Shown here one piece after another: positions 12,548-25,920 of a stretch of DNA of 64,000 nucleotides. The stretch lies in the NCBI GenBank assembly GCA_964234715.1, contig OZ174282.1; one strand, 5' to 3'. The notes below the pieces were generated by a model that saw only the letters and a program-made list of their open reading frames with translations, was not told the DNA's origin and did no database searches. This DNA is from Podarcis melisellensis (Eukaryota). The translations under genes were made by a program, and so were the position numbers. Position 1 is the stretch's first letter. Each line of letters starts with the position of its first letter.

Positions 12548-14639
12548 TGTGGTGTTTGGTTTTTTTTACTTATGCCCTGCTGTAAATGTTAGAACTGAGC
12601 AGCCCAATGCGGGGGGGGGGGAGGCTAAACTGACTTTAATGAGAGAAATGCTGAATATTCTCTAATGTCGACGTTCAGCTCAAAAGTAGCATATTTAATG
12701 TGGCCAAACAAATTATCTGTCCCAAATACTCACCACACGAAACATTCCCATTGTTTCAACGCTGCATCTTCTTGACATCATTTCCCTTGCCCTCCCTGTC
12801 TTGGCATCATTTGGCCACTGCACCACTTAACAAGATTGACTGTGGGCACCCATATGATTTTCTTTACAGGCATCTGCAACATCTTTGTCAAAATTGCACA
12901 AGCCACTTAAATTGTAGCATGGGCAAATGAGGCCACTGACAGTGAAGGCAAAGGAGAAGGACGGAAAAGGCACAGAGCAGAACGGCAACAAGCAAACAAA
13001 CAAAAAACAAATAATTGATGATGACCTGGTACCAAAAGCATAACCATTTAGCTGAAACTACATGCAAACTCAAACTCAACCATCCTTTGATATGCTCACT
13101 TCTCCCAATTTTTCAATGCAGTTTTGTAAATGTGTGCAAAAATGCATAAACTGCGGTAAGGTGTGCATATATCTGTGAAAATACACTAGAACATTGTCGT
13201 AGAGGAAATCCCTTTGCAAAAAAAATATGAATATGAAGCAAAATTGCATACAAAATGTGCAAATGAGAATAAATTTGCATTAAAATGCTGGTGAATTTTC
13301 ACAAGGATATTTTTTTAAAAAAAACAACAACAACTAAAATATAAACTGATGTAGAAAAGTGGGTTACCAAATTTGAGATTGGAAAAATGAGAAACAGAAA
13401 TTGACAAGTTTGCCTCTATCCCTAGATATTTGTGTCATTTTGAAGGAACAGCTCTCGGGCCAGCCCACAGTATTTATTATGTAAGCTGTTTTTAAATAAC
13501 GGCTTTGACTATTTTTGTACATTGCTTTCAGTATTGTTTTGTTTGTTTTCAAAACACACACACACAAGCAGTATAAAAAGAGAATTTGATGTTTCAAAAA
13601 GGCATCCAAGTGACAACTTTTCATGGGAAAAATCAGAGCTTTGTGAGACTTCCTTACCCTGCACTCCACACTCTTCATCCATTTCTCTGTTCTCTTTTTA
13701 TTATTCATCCCCATCTTAAACTGAGGAGCATCCTGCTAACAAGTTTCATTGAGTCAGCTTTGATGAACTTATCCACAATTTGGCAATCAGAAAATCTAGA
13801 AATACATTATTTTAATCACGACATACATGTAGGTATTGTGCCATTTCATTTTATTTTTTAAAAATTGCACGTTAGGGGGCACACACAGAGATGGGTGTGG
13901 CTTGGGGGAAATGGCTTTGCCGACCAAATTTGACCACCTGCTGAGTTTTGGCCCATGGGCCATATGTTTCTCACCCCTGCACTAAAAGAAAACTCTCTCA
14001 ATTGCAAGAATGGCTCCATCGGCTTTCCTGCTCCTTCTGGCTTTGTGCATCTTCCAGTTCTGTGAACGTCAAGAAAATAATGGCTCGCCACTCCTTTTCA
14101 GCACCCACAGGTGTTCCCCATGCCAAGGCAGCATAAATACAGCTGCCTCCGGGCCAGCAAATGTGGATCAAGGAGGTGGGGCACTCTTGCGTCTGAAAGC
14201 CACCCTTCACAAACTGATCTCACTGAGACTGCATTTGCAGATTCCTGATAACCACATCATGTATTTCCATTGCACCAGCCTCATTCCAAACATGGGCTGT
14301 GACTCTCTGGGACGCTGGCTCAAATGTTTTCACAGATGCACTGCAGATGCTTCCAAGGCATCCCACTAGAATGGATATTGTGTCTATAGGCCAGTAAGCA
14401 TAGGTACTCGATGCTCATCTGGTGCTACAAATAACACTTCCCCAGTTTACTGTTTCGTGAACATGGATGTGCTTGAATTTACATGTCCAGAACTGCTTGT
14501 GTGTATGATAGAGAGAGAGAGAGATTTAAAAAAGAAAACCCCTCAAAGCAACATACAAAATCTTTGTATCTCAACTTTCAATCAAATAAGTGCCTTTCTC
14601 CCGCAAGCGACCTAAAGACAGTTATATCAAACAATGTAA

Positions 14640-14988
14640 AGGTAAAGGGACCCCTGACCATTAGGTCCAGTTGTGTCCGACTCTGGGGTTGCAGTGATCA
14701 TCTCACTTTATTGGCTGAGGGAACTGGCGTACAGCTTCTGGGTCATGTGGCCAGCATAACTAAGCTGCTTCTGGCGAATCAGAGCAGCACACGGAAATGC
14801 CATTTACCTTCCCGCCGGAGTGGTACCTATTTATCTACTTGCACTTTGACGTGTTTTCAAACTGCTAGGTTGGCAGGAGCAGGGACCAAACAACGGGATC
14901 TCACCCCATCATGGGGATTCGAACCGCCGACCTTCTGATCGGCAAGTCCTAGGCTCTGTGGTTTAACCCACAGCGCCACCTGCGTCCC
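14640..14988 (-). mobile_element. Sauria SINE, full length
   Basis: GGGACGCAGGTGGCGCTGTGG head, ACCTTT tail; 15-bp TSD tatcaaacaatgtaa. Confidence 0.94.
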
Positions 14989-15702
14989 TATCAAACAATG
15001 TAAGGCAATATTAAAAGTATTTTGTCGTGGCACCCACTACGTGGAATGTTCTGCTCACTGAAATTAGGTAGGCTCACTGGGAAGGAGAGGAACAAGGCAC
15101 TGGGAAGGTTGGCACACCGGGAGAAGCACCATGTTGGCTGTGCCAGTGTGTTTGGAACAATATTTACCTGCCACTGCCTTGCTTATCCCCCTAAGTGGCA
15201 GCAATGCCACAGCCAGGATGCAAGATGCATGGCGTCTCTCCTCCCCACAACCTGATCCTGCTTGATATTGAGATGTTCTACTGATAGTTTTTGTTTTATT
15301 GCATTGGAAAAGCGGTATCAAAGTATTTTATTTTAAAGACATAAAATGATAAGAGAGCAGTCCGATCAATAATTAGCAGCAGCTTTAAACATTATTTCAC
15401 TTCAACTTCCTCCCAGAGCTCGCTGGCATAGCCAGGCTTTTCAGTTGGGTGACATAAAGCAAGCAGGCAATGGGATGGAGCCAGGTGGGCCTCACATGGG
15501 AGGCCATAGCCAAGCATAGGGTCAACCACAGAAAAATCCCTTTCATATGAGACTAACTGAACTTCAGGTGGAGGTCAGGGGTGGGGATGCAGAGCAGAGC
15601 CTGTGACGCTCACCTGAATGACCAGGACTCAATCTAGTTCCAAATCTGGTGCTTCTTCAGCCTCTACTTCTAGATTAATGCTGGATTCAGAAGTCATGAC
15701 AA

Positions 15703-15703
<1 letters not shown>

Positions 15704-15746
<43 letters not shown>

Positions 15747-15950
15747 CATCATCATTACCTTTATATTCCACTTTCCTCCATGGAGCTCAAGGTGGCATAC
15801 ATGGCTCTCCAACCACCTCTCCATTTTATCCTCCGAACAATCCTGTGAGGTACTGTGACTGGCTGAAGGTCACACACCAAGCTTCAGGGCTGAATGGAGA
15901 TTTGAACTCTGGTCTTCCCAGGTCCTTTCCCAACATTCTGGTCACTAGCG
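15704..15950 (-). mobile_element. Old CORE/Squam3-like SINE with expanded (ATT)n tail
   Basis: aacaatcctgtgagg...gactggctgaaggtcac...ggagatttgaactctggtc; (ATT)n at 15704-15747. Confidence 0.65.
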
Positions 15951-16354
15951 GATCAGTTTCTTCTAGAAGCCTTACATGTGTGATCGGTTTAATTGCACTA
16001 CAACAACCTTCCCACCTTTGCAAGTGTTATGAGCTCAGAGCTTCCTCTCTTTCCGCCATGCATGTTTCCACAAGTGGCGGCTCTTTTGCTGCAGATGTTT
16101 TCTACCCTTGGGAACAGCAATGCCTCTGAGGCAAGTTGCTGTTGATTCGTTCCCTTTGATCTTTGATATCTCTCTCAGTGGAAATAAAATCTTGAAATAA
16201 ATTGTCAGTGGAATGCAAATCTATGTGTACATCCAGCCAAATGAAGTAGAGCTGTGCCGAATATATTTCAACATTTCTTTTTCTTTAACCATTTGTTGGG
16301 TGGTGCTGGGGAAGGGACAGAGAAACGAACTCTCAAAAGCTGGTGGCTGGCAGA

Positions 16355-16429
16355 TGTTGGATGTACAACAGCAGGGATCATTCCATCAGTAACTTAAGGG
16401 TTAACCCTGTTGACAGTCAGCCAGGCAAG

Positions 16430-16477
<48 letters not shown>

Positions 16478-16600
16478 GTGTTGCCTAGCAACCAGCTGGA
16501 GTTCCATGATCCACACTGAGATGCCTATGTAGGCCTGAAGGGAGTTTATATGCTTAGTTGTATGTCTCCCTGTTATGAACATGATGCAAGAAGGACAAAA
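16355..16600. mobile_element. LTR-like interspersed repeat containing (GT)n at 16432-16472
   Basis: tgttgga...caacagcagggatcattc...taacttaagggttaa shared with the copy starting at 56113. Confidence 0.55.
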
Positions 16601-16639
16601 CCCCTCTGTTTATTTCTCCTCAGGTTATACAGGACTTTT

Positions 16640-17270
16640 GTTGCTCTCCCTTCCTTATGACACTAGAAGTTGGGGGCACCCAATGGAGCTGAACATGGGA
16701 AGATTTGAAGTACTTCTTCACACAGTGCAGAGTTAAAAATATGGAATTTGCTCCCAATCCAAAGCCCCCAATTGGGATGACTTTAAAAGAGGATGAGACA
16801 AAAACATGGAGGACAAGGCTATCAGCTAAAGCTATTAATGGCTACTCTAGACCCATGGTTCCCAACATGGGACACATGCCCCACAGGGGAGCAATTTGAT
16901 TTCTAAGGGGGGCACTTTGAGAATGAATTATTGACAGTGAATGGCCTTTTAGGCTTCCTCCATGTGAGTACTTCACTTTTTGAATAATAAGAATTATATG
17001 TCAAGGCGGGGGAGTGCATCAGGATTTTAGAGATGCTTAGGTGGGGCATGGCCAAAAAAAGGTTGGGAACCACTGCTCTAGGCCACTGTCGGAGGCAGTA
17101 TGTCTCTGAATTCCATTTGGTGGGGAATCACAAGTGGGGAGAGCAATTGTGTGCACAGGTCCTCTTTTTGGGCTTCCCATAACACCTTTGTTGGCTCCTG
17201 TGACCACAAGATGCTGGACTAGATGGGGCTTTGGCTTGATCCAACATGGCTCTCCCTATGTCCTTATCTT
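16640..17270 (+). mobile_element. CR1-type 3' fragment interrupted by a hAT MITE
   Basis: aagtacttcttcacacag motif and gatgctggactagatggg tail. Confidence 0.65.
16853..17075. mobile_element. hAT-Charlie-like MITE
   Basis: TIRs ccatggttcccaac and gttgggaaccactg; TSD ctctagac/ctctaggc. Confidence 0.85.
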
Positions 17271-19754
17271 CTATTGCCTCTTAATTATCTCTTCTCCAGC
17301 ATACCAAACTCCTTCAACCTTCCTTCAAAGGACTTGGATGACAGGTTTCAGATTTACAATGCAAATCTGATCCAGCAGGCTCTTCTTCTGTTCTTCTGAC
17401 AATGCAGAGCTCTGCCCCTGACCCACAGTCCCTCCCCAAAATATTTACAGTACTTTAGAAAGCTACTTCAGGTAAAATAATACAACCAAATAAGCCCAGG
17501 CAACACTGGTACAGCAGGGAACAAAAAGGACTAGAAGCCTTGTCGCCCAATCAGCTAGTTTCTTACGTCAAATTTAAAGAACAACACTATAAGAGTGCTA
17601 CCAGTTTTAGCACTTTCCAATGTCTTTCGGCTGTGTTTTTACACCCACTTCAAGCACAGTGAGAAAGACCAGCATTTATGTCTCAGTACAGACTGGTATG
17701 GGCGTAGGCAGGATTTGGGGGTGGGGGCAGAACCGATGTGATTGGTCAGTTAAGTATTTCTGTTGTTTTACTTGATCTTGTGGGGCAGCTGCCCCACCCC
17801 CCATGGCTACACCCATGCAGACAGAAGACCTGGGAGAAATCATAGTGCGAAAGCCAAGAAAAAAAACAGTGTTGGAGCAGGAGGGGGTGGGGGGTGGGGT
17901 GGGACAGGAAGCCAGGAAAAGCCTGACTTGCAGCCCCAGCCCCAGATTGTGCTGTCCTCTAAGAACCCCTTTTGAAACTCTGCTTCTATTTTTGGGTGTT
18001 GAACTCTTGAGGAATCTCACTTCAAGCTCCTCTGCAAAGCAGGCCAAAGCTCATGCCTAAAATGTCGTGCTGCGCTGGGATAAGAGAAGGGTACTTGCTC
18101 TTCATTAGTGCTTAAGATGAATGGGGTTTATGTGGCTGTGTACACACCATACATTTAAAGCACTTGCTTCCCCCCTCCAAATCCTGGGAACTGTAGTTTG
18201 CCCCTCACAGAATTCTGGTTCTCAGCATCCTGAACTTACTACTATTCACAGGATTCCATGAGCTTTAAAATGGTGCATAGGAAGCCTGTATCCTTTGCGA
18301 ACCATGTTGAATATTCTGCTTTGTGTATATCCACAGTTGTTGGAATGCACTGGATTTTAATAACTTGCTAAGGTGTGGGTGGGTGGGTGCGTATAGTGTC
18401 TATATTGCTCCTTAGCAAATGCTTCTAGGAAAATTTACCCCCTCACCCCCCAAAAAAACCACCCCAGTAAAAGGTAGAAGTGCTAGTTTAACAAAATTTT
18501 ATATATCGCTTACTGAAACAAAAAACCTGGAAGTGGTTTACAAAAGGCAATCTAAAATATTCATTGCAGAATACCAATAAAAGCAAACAAGTCACAAAAG
18601 CATTTTTAAACCATTAAATGAAACCAGTAAAACAAATTTACCTACCAAAAACACATGCAAAAATTGTATGGGGAAATAACTATTTATTTATTTAAATTTA
18701 TTTAATTTGTTCGTTTTTGAGAAGGAAAGGGAAGTGTCTTTTCTGTGGTGGCACCCCAATTCTTGATCCCTTTTCCTAGATGGGTTCACCTGGTGCCATA
18801 TTTGTGATCTTTTAGGCAGCAGCTGACATCCCGGTTCCGTTCTCTCATATGGACTTTATGGTACTTGAGATCATTTTAATGGTTTTTAGCTGCTGCTGCC
18901 TCTGTTGGTTTTATTTTGTAGTTTTACTGCTGTTTAGTATTTGTTTTTTAAAATTAATTTCATTATTCTACGATAGATGAAAACTGCCTCAAAGCTGCTG
19001 GCAGCAAAAGGTGGGATGCAAATTCTATAAATAAATTGAATGTGGCTCATGCATTTACAATTTGGCACTGGTGACCTGTTTTATAATGCCAAATGATGTC
19101 AGCAGAGGGGTGGATATCAGAGAATCTCCCACTGAACCGAGGGTATTCTCAAGTGTCTTTTAAGCCATTCAGCTAGGCTAATATAGTTACCTCAGACTAA
19201 CTAACAAGATGCTCTGCTTTATGCATTCTGAGTCTGCCTCAAGATAATGGCTGCATTTGGTTTCCTATGGTTTATCATTGCATGAACAAGCCCTAGGCTT
19301 ACCACTTCCTCCCTCTTTTCTGCTTCTCTGGTGTGGCATATTAGAAGATTTCACTCCATTTTTTAACTAACCACTGTTGGCATTCTGTCTGGGTGTGAGA
19401 ATTCATAAACCACTGCGTGGTTTATAAAGTTGGCTTGTTTCAGTCAACCACAGGTAAGATAAATCACCTTTTCAGGTTCAGATGTAACCCTAAACTGCCA
19501 AAGCTTCTAATCTTTTTACAGCTGTGCTGGAGAAGGAGAGAGAGGAAAAATGTTCCCGAGGCTCATTCATGTAATGATAAACAAGGAGAACCCTGGGCTC
19601 CTTGAAGAGGAAGGGAAGGTATGAATTCAATTAATAATAATGATTTACCATCAACGTGATACAAACACATAATATTCCTTGAATCTTTCTTCGCTAAAAT
19701 GCCTGCCACAGACCTGAGCCCTTGAAATAGGGTGGGTTGTAAATTTGCAATATA

Positions 19755-19899
19755 ATAGCTCAGTCAGTAGAGCATGTGACTTAATCTCAGGGTTGTGGGT
19801 TCAAGTCCCATGTTGGGCAAAAGATTCCTGCATTGCAAGGAGTTGGACTAATGACCCTCATGGTCTCTTCCAGCTCTGCAGTTATACGATTTTATGATT
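19755..19899 (+). mobile_element. SINE with a tRNA(Lys)-like head and CR1-derived tail (resembles lacertid P.s.1-type SINE)
   Basis: tagctcagtcagtagagca A box, ggttcaagtccc B box, ttggacta...cttccagctct...gattttatgatt CR1 tail. Confidence 0.75.
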
Positions 19900-19998
19900 T
19901 CCAGACGTTCTTGTTCAAAATGCCCTGCAATATAAAGCAGGTGTGGGGAATCTGTGAGGCCCCAGATGTTATTGGATTCCAACTAACATGCCCAATAG

Positions 19999-20608
19999 AA
20001 GGGGAAGAAATGGAGGCAGTGAGAGATTTTACTTTCTTGGGCTCCATGATCACTGCAGATGGTGGCAGCAGCCACAAAATTAAAAGACGCCTGCTTCTTG
20101 GGAGAAAAGCAATGACAAACCTAGACAGCATCTTAAAAAGTAGAGACATCACCTTGCCAACAAAGGTCTGTATAGTAAAAGCTATGATTTTCCCAGTAGT
20201 GATGTATGGAAGTAAGAGCTGGACCATCAAGAAGGCTGATCGCTGAAGAATTGATGCTTTTGAATTATGGTGCTGGAGGAGACTCTTGAGAGTCCCATGG
20301 ACTGCAAGAAGATCAAACGTATCCATTCTGAAGGAAATCAGCCCTGAGTGCTCACTGGAAGGACAGATTGTGAAGCTGAGGGTCCAGTACTTTGGCCGCC
20401 TCATGAGAAGAGAAGACTCCCTGGAAAAGACCCTGATGTTGGGAAAGATGGAGAGCACAAGGAGACAGAGGACGAGATGGTTGGATCGTGTTCTTGAAGC
20501 TACCAGCATGAGTTTGACTAAACTGCGGGAGGCAGTGGAAGACAAAAGTGCCTGGCGTGCTCTGGTCCATGGGGTCATGAAGAGTCGGACACGACTAAAT
20601 GACTAAAC
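19999..20608 (+). mobile_element. BovB (RTE) LINE, 5'-truncated
   Basis: IEGEEMEAVRDFTFLGSMIT...LEKTLMLGK...WRALVHGV; 14-bp TSD aacatgcccaatag; inserted inside a hairpin MITE (19938-20683). Confidence 0.95.
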
Positions 20609-20929
20609 AACATGCCCAATAGTCAGGGATAAAGGGAACTGTGGTCTAGCAACCTCCAGAAGGCTACAGGTCCCCCATGCCCGAACTAAACATTTTTGCC
20701 CAAGCAAGACAATGATAGCATCACTCGCTGAAAGATAAGTTCATCAAATGTACCATTCACCTATATGGCATGAGAAGGATGAGGAGGCGAGGCTAGGGCA
20801 AACCATGAGACATCACAGTTTATTGCTTTGATGTGCATCCTGCTGGTATTTATTGGAATGGTCAAAGCTAAAAAGGGAGGTGGTGATCCAGCAGCCGTAG
20901 GTTCTATTAATGGCTTTGTCACATACTTC

Positions 20930-21050
20930 CTCTGTGACTGCAGGCAAGTCGTCTGACCGCTCTGTGCCTCAGTTTCCCTCTGTGTACAATGCAGTTAATA
21001 ACACTTAACACCTCCTTCACATTGGGTGTAGTGAGATTTAATGAGGGCTT
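20930..21050 (+). mobile_element. Ancient MIR-like CORE-SINE remnant
   Basis: gtgact..ggcaagtc...ctctgtgcctcagtttccct matches the recalled CORE consensus; weaker remnants at ~31972-32040 (+) and ~34722-34805 (-). Confidence 0.7.
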
Positions 21051-21331
21051 AAAACACACTTTAAAATTCAAAGATGAAAGGAGCTGGAGTTGGGCAGGTT
21101 GTCATTACAGAAGGAGAGGCAAGTGATGCAGGACTGTGTGAACAAACAGCTGATGCCTCTGTGTGAGCTGTTTAGGAATCAACACAACCCCACAGGCAAG
21201 GATGACGGTAGTGACATCTGCTGGAAATCCGGACTGTCAATGTGCCTCCACCCTAGAACAAATCCAATGAAGAATACAAAAGTTCAGGGCTTCTGTGTGT
21301 ACATATGTGTATGCAGTCTTGCTTCCTTGTA

Positions 21332-21587
21332 CAGTCATACCTCGGGTTGAATGTGCTTCGGGATGAGCGTGTTCAAGTTGCGCTCCGCGGCAACCCAGAG
21401 GTAACGGAGCGCGTTACTTCTGGGTTTTGCAGCTTGCGCATGCGCAGACGCTCAAAATGACGTCGCGCGCATGCGCAGAAGCGGTGAAAAGTGTCGTGCA
21501 CGTGCCATCACTGGTTACATTTCCTTCTAGATGCAAACAGGGCTCTGGAACGGCTCCTGTTCACATCTAGAGGTACCAATGTACTGT
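21332..21587. mobile_element. Tc1/mariner (Tigger-like) MITE, CpG-rich
   Basis: TA-cagtcatacctc...gaggtacc..actg-TA termini. Confidence 0.75.
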
Positions 21588-22041
21588 ATATCACAACACT
21601 CAGTCTGGATTGCTTGGGGTCGACACATTTTTGGAAATGACAAGAAAAAAAAGTTTCTAGCCCTCACTGAGGCAAGGAGGAAAATGTGGGGAATATGCAG
21701 TCAGTTTCTGCTAAAGGCTCAAAATGCGTAAGACAGCAAGTGGTGACTTATTCCCAAAGCCCCAGTTCTTTTTTTTAAAATTATTATTATTATTACTATT
21801 AAAAAGAGAAAAGAGGAGGTATCAGGCCTCCAAGGTGAAAACTATTATGTAATCTCAGATGTGTAGGTGCTGGTTGTGATTACACAGAAATGAGGCAAAC
21901 ACACGCTTCAGCAGCACTGTAGTGGTAAATTTAGAAGTTCAGGACCTTATTATGACAGCCTCCATAGCCACACCTCCAAGGATAATTCAAAAATGCAGGC
22001 AGCTATGTTGCCATGATAGACAAATAGCTATATACAAAGAT

Positions 22042-22348
22042 GTTGTTGTTGTTGTTGTTTAGTCGTTTAGTCATGTCCGACTCTTCGTGACCCCATGGAC
22101 CAGAGAACGCCAGGCACCTCTGTTTTCCACTGCCTCCTGCAGTTTGGTCAAACTCATGCTGGTAACCTTGAAAACACTATCCAACCATCTCGTCCTCTGT
22201 CGCCCCCTTCTCCTTGTGCCCTCCATCTTTCCCAACATCAGGGTCTTTTCCAGGGAGTCTTCTCTTCTCATGAGGTGGCCAAAGTACTGGAGCCTCAGCT
22301 TCACGATCTGTCCTTCCAGTGAGCACTCCGGGCTGATTTCCTTCAGAA
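22042..22348 (-). mobile_element. BovB LINE 3' fragment
   Basis: LKEISPECSLEGQ...VHGVTKSRT; (CAA)n tail; 12-bp TSD atatacaaagat. Confidence 0.95.
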
Positions 22349-24334
22349 ATATACAAAGATACATATCCACAAACAGCAGCAATATATACCATAATACAGT
22401 ACCCAGCTTATTAGGAACAGCTAATAGTAATAGAAAAGTGAGCTGGCTGAATGTGGTGTGACAATCAGCATGTTGGAATTTGGCTGGACATACCTGGGCT
22501 CACATCCCTGACCAACCATATGGCATGACTGTAGTCCTAAGTATTCAAGTAAGTGCCATTGAACTGAATGGTGTTTCTTTTCTGACTGCAGTGGTTCAAC
22601 GTGTAAAACTCATTGAGGTGTTTATCTTCTTCTTATAACAACAACAACAGATCTTCATTCAGCTGCAATGCAACTTTTATCATTTAATTAGAAATGTAAA
22701 CAACTTAAACAGGAAGTGTTACCATTTAAACTGTAAGCATGAAGTAGGGATCCCGTAAATGAAAAAAGAAAGAAGTACCTAGTCTCTGCTTGATTTTTTT
22801 CCTTGTTCTGTGACGCTCCCCCCCCCCCCACTATGCTAATATGTCACAAATAGACATGAAAGGCCCATTATTACTCTATTCTCTTGTCAGAGCAACGGGA
22901 ATCTCTCTGTTGCCCTGACTCCTCCTCCCTGTGCCTGACCTTGGTTTGTTGAGAATACAGCACCCTTTCAACCCTGCTGTCTTGAGTAAGTGCTAAGTGA
23001 TAAAAGGCTTAACCCACCTTTCACTTCCTGGAACATGACCAATGCAAGGTGGGATGAAGCCTCTGTCTCTCCCCCACAAGCCTGCATTGGATTCCTTGTC
23101 CCCTATGGCTACTTGGCTCGTGCTTAAATTAATGGCCGCATCTAATGCAGCCTAGCAAAGCAACCTTAAGAAAATGATAGCAAGCTGCCGAGCAAGCAGA
23201 TTCCTGAAGGATAATTAAACTAATCGATCCGTTCCATTCCATGGTGTTATTATTAGGTGGCCAAGCCATTTCAAAGGCTGCGAAATGGAGGAATGCCCCC
23301 ACCCCACCCCACCCCGAAAATGATCAGCCATTTGCTTCACGTTACCTTTGTCTGTAGCAGCCACATCATGGTTGCCAAATCACACAGGGTGTATTGCTTC
23401 TGCTTAGACGTATAGTGGCAGAGATAGAAATCTCTTCAGATCCAGCCGCCTAGAGATGAGGAGGCAGATAGTGTCGCCCCAGCCCCTGGGTGTGTCTGAA
23501 CAACCGGGGAGGGGGTGGCTTAGCCACTCATGTTTTCTGTGCCTTCCCTGAGGGGAAGAGATAAGTATATGGTTGTGTGTGGCTCTCTGGATGGGGAAGG
23601 AACCCCCTAGAAGCAAGGCCTCGTGGTTGCAACTTGTGCTGACAGAGTGGGTGTTGAGATTTATGTCTTCACATGTTGTCTTTTAGGAGCATTAAGCACA
23701 TGTGCTGAGCTCATCAAGCCAATATGGTGGGGTCTTGGGCCTCAGGGTCTGGGAAAAGTGCTCAGCAGCACCACAGAGCTCACTGTTTGAGGAGCACAGC
23801 TTAGAAGAGGTGCTGGGTGCCTGTTTGAGAAGGCAAACCCAACAAGAGGAGATGCACCCGGAGTTAACCAGTGTGCTTGGCTAGCTCATTTGACCCTGCC
23901 TTTCAAATATAGAGGCACATGTTGTAACTGAGTCTAAATTAAACATCAGGTCAAATATTGACCCATATTTTCCAGGCACTCCTTGGTTTTGTTTGTGTTT
24001 TTGTGTGTGTTGTTTCATCCACCAACACATCCAATGTTCATTTCAGCCAAAGGTAAACAGACCCACCAGACACTGCTCCATCCATGTCTTCTGGAATTAG
24101 CACAGGTGCTTCCTTCAGAATTTGTCTATAATTGCCCTGAATGGTGCCAAGGCTAGACCTTCAAGAGGTGCTTCCTGGCATTCAGCAGAGGTAAGAATTT
24201 GACAGGTCAGGACGAAGGATGGATTCCTAGCCTGTCTGCAGAGGCTTCACATCTGACTTCCTTTCTGATGGACCTCATGCACTTTCCCCTTCACAACCCA
24301 AGATAACTTTTTTGGTCTAGAGAAAAGTCAAGTA

Positions 24335-24465
24335 AGGCGTGAGATGCGTGGTGTAGAGAAACGTGGACAGAGAAAGGGTTTTTTCTTCTTCCTCTCTTAT
24401 AACACTTGAACGAACCTGAATGATGGGAGATTCAAGACAGAAAAAATGAAGTACTTCTTCACAAA
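24335..24465 (+). mobile_element. CR1 fragment
   Basis: gtggacagagaaaag...ggagattcaagacagaaaaaatgaagtacttcttcaca. Confidence 0.65.
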
Positions 24466-25920
24466 TTGGTGAGTTGGCATCTGTCTGTCTCAGGTGACAA
24501 TGGAAGAATGCACCTGGTCTCACCTGGAAACTTCTCGCTCAGGGAATGCCAATGGTTTGCTTGGGTAGGCAGAATGAAACCAGAACCTGGGAAATTTCAC
24601 AGCCCTCTCACTATTGATTCAGTATCCTGGGCGGAAGTGCAGAGGACCGTGGTTTCCTGTGTCCAGAAGCTATAGCCTAGGCATATTGGACCATTGGTTC
24701 ATGTTCCAATATGAAAGGGATGTTCTGGAGTCACAAAAAAGGTCTAATAGATTTCTGTCTAGAGATCAGACAAGGTCATGGACTGCGGAGAGCCCAGAGG
24801 ACAAGGTTGGAGTAGCTAGTCAGATTTTTTTAATGAGGGTCTAGAGAATAGGGCAGCATGACTACAACCACACAGCAGTGGCACTCACGGTGATATGTGA
24901 AGTCTGGGGAGCCAATCACACTTTTGGAAGGAGGCACTCAGCCAATCAAAGTCACTAGCCTTGAGTGGTCCCAGTACACGTCCAGTTACACATTTATGAG
25001 TCAATTTGTGTTTGGAAAGTCAATATATAATATCCCAGTGACCCCAGGATTCCAACCCCTTGGACAAATGGGCTCTTGCACCTACAATTTGTGACTCTGC
25101 CTGCTCAGAAGTGTCCTCTGGTGCTCCCCCTATTGCTCTCATCCTCAACCTAGATGAGGAAAACAAGATTGTCAGCACCAGGCTGAGCCCGGCTTGGAGG
25201 GACTGCCCAGGGCTTGCTTTCCTGATAACCCAATGCCCGTGGTTGATTAACCTCACTCTTCATCTGACTGAAATGGTTAGACTTCTAAGCAAGCTTTGGA
25301 ATGGGTGTGCACTTGTTTATGGGATGTGGTCCTAATTGATTCTGATGGGAGGAGGATCAAGCTTCTTCCGAGCACTTCCTAGACTCCCAAAAGTTTAAGT
25401 ATATGATGTTTGCCTCCGGTGAAGCTGGCCTTCTGGTTTTCCCAGTCATTTCCTGCTGTGCTTGTGTCTTTTCGGGTTACCTAGTTGTTGTGCAGACCAT
25501 TTATTTCCTACTTGCTCTTTATGAGTAATTGAGCTTTGCTTGGAGTTCTTTAGGGCTCTCAACGTGAACATTGTGGAGTAGGCACCCTTTCACTTGGAAT
25601 AAACTTCTGTGGAACCAGTCATGAATAATGGAAGCTTTTTTCCTTTTTTTGCGCTTGATGTTTTGAGCTGTTGGCCTCAGCTGGAGTCTCTCATTCTCAG
25701 CTGAAGTGATTGACCAGCAGCCCTTTTTTGTCTGCCCAGAGAAATCGATTTATGTGTTTATTACTTATTTTATCGATTTAATATGAGTTTCATGCTAGAC
25801 CAGCCAACAATATACACTAGTGGTATCAAAAGCCTATCCAAAGAGATCATATTCCAAGCGGCCTAAGAACAATGGAATTACGTTGGCCATGTTTCCTATT
25901 TTACAAAGGTCAGTCCTCTA

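Noticed and set aside
19755-19830. tRNA-Lys-like sequence
   Set aside because: Degenerate SINE head fused to a CR1 tail, not an intact tRNA gene.
19892-20578. 228-aa minus-strand ORF, the longest in the window
   Set aside because: Antisense of the BovB fragment.
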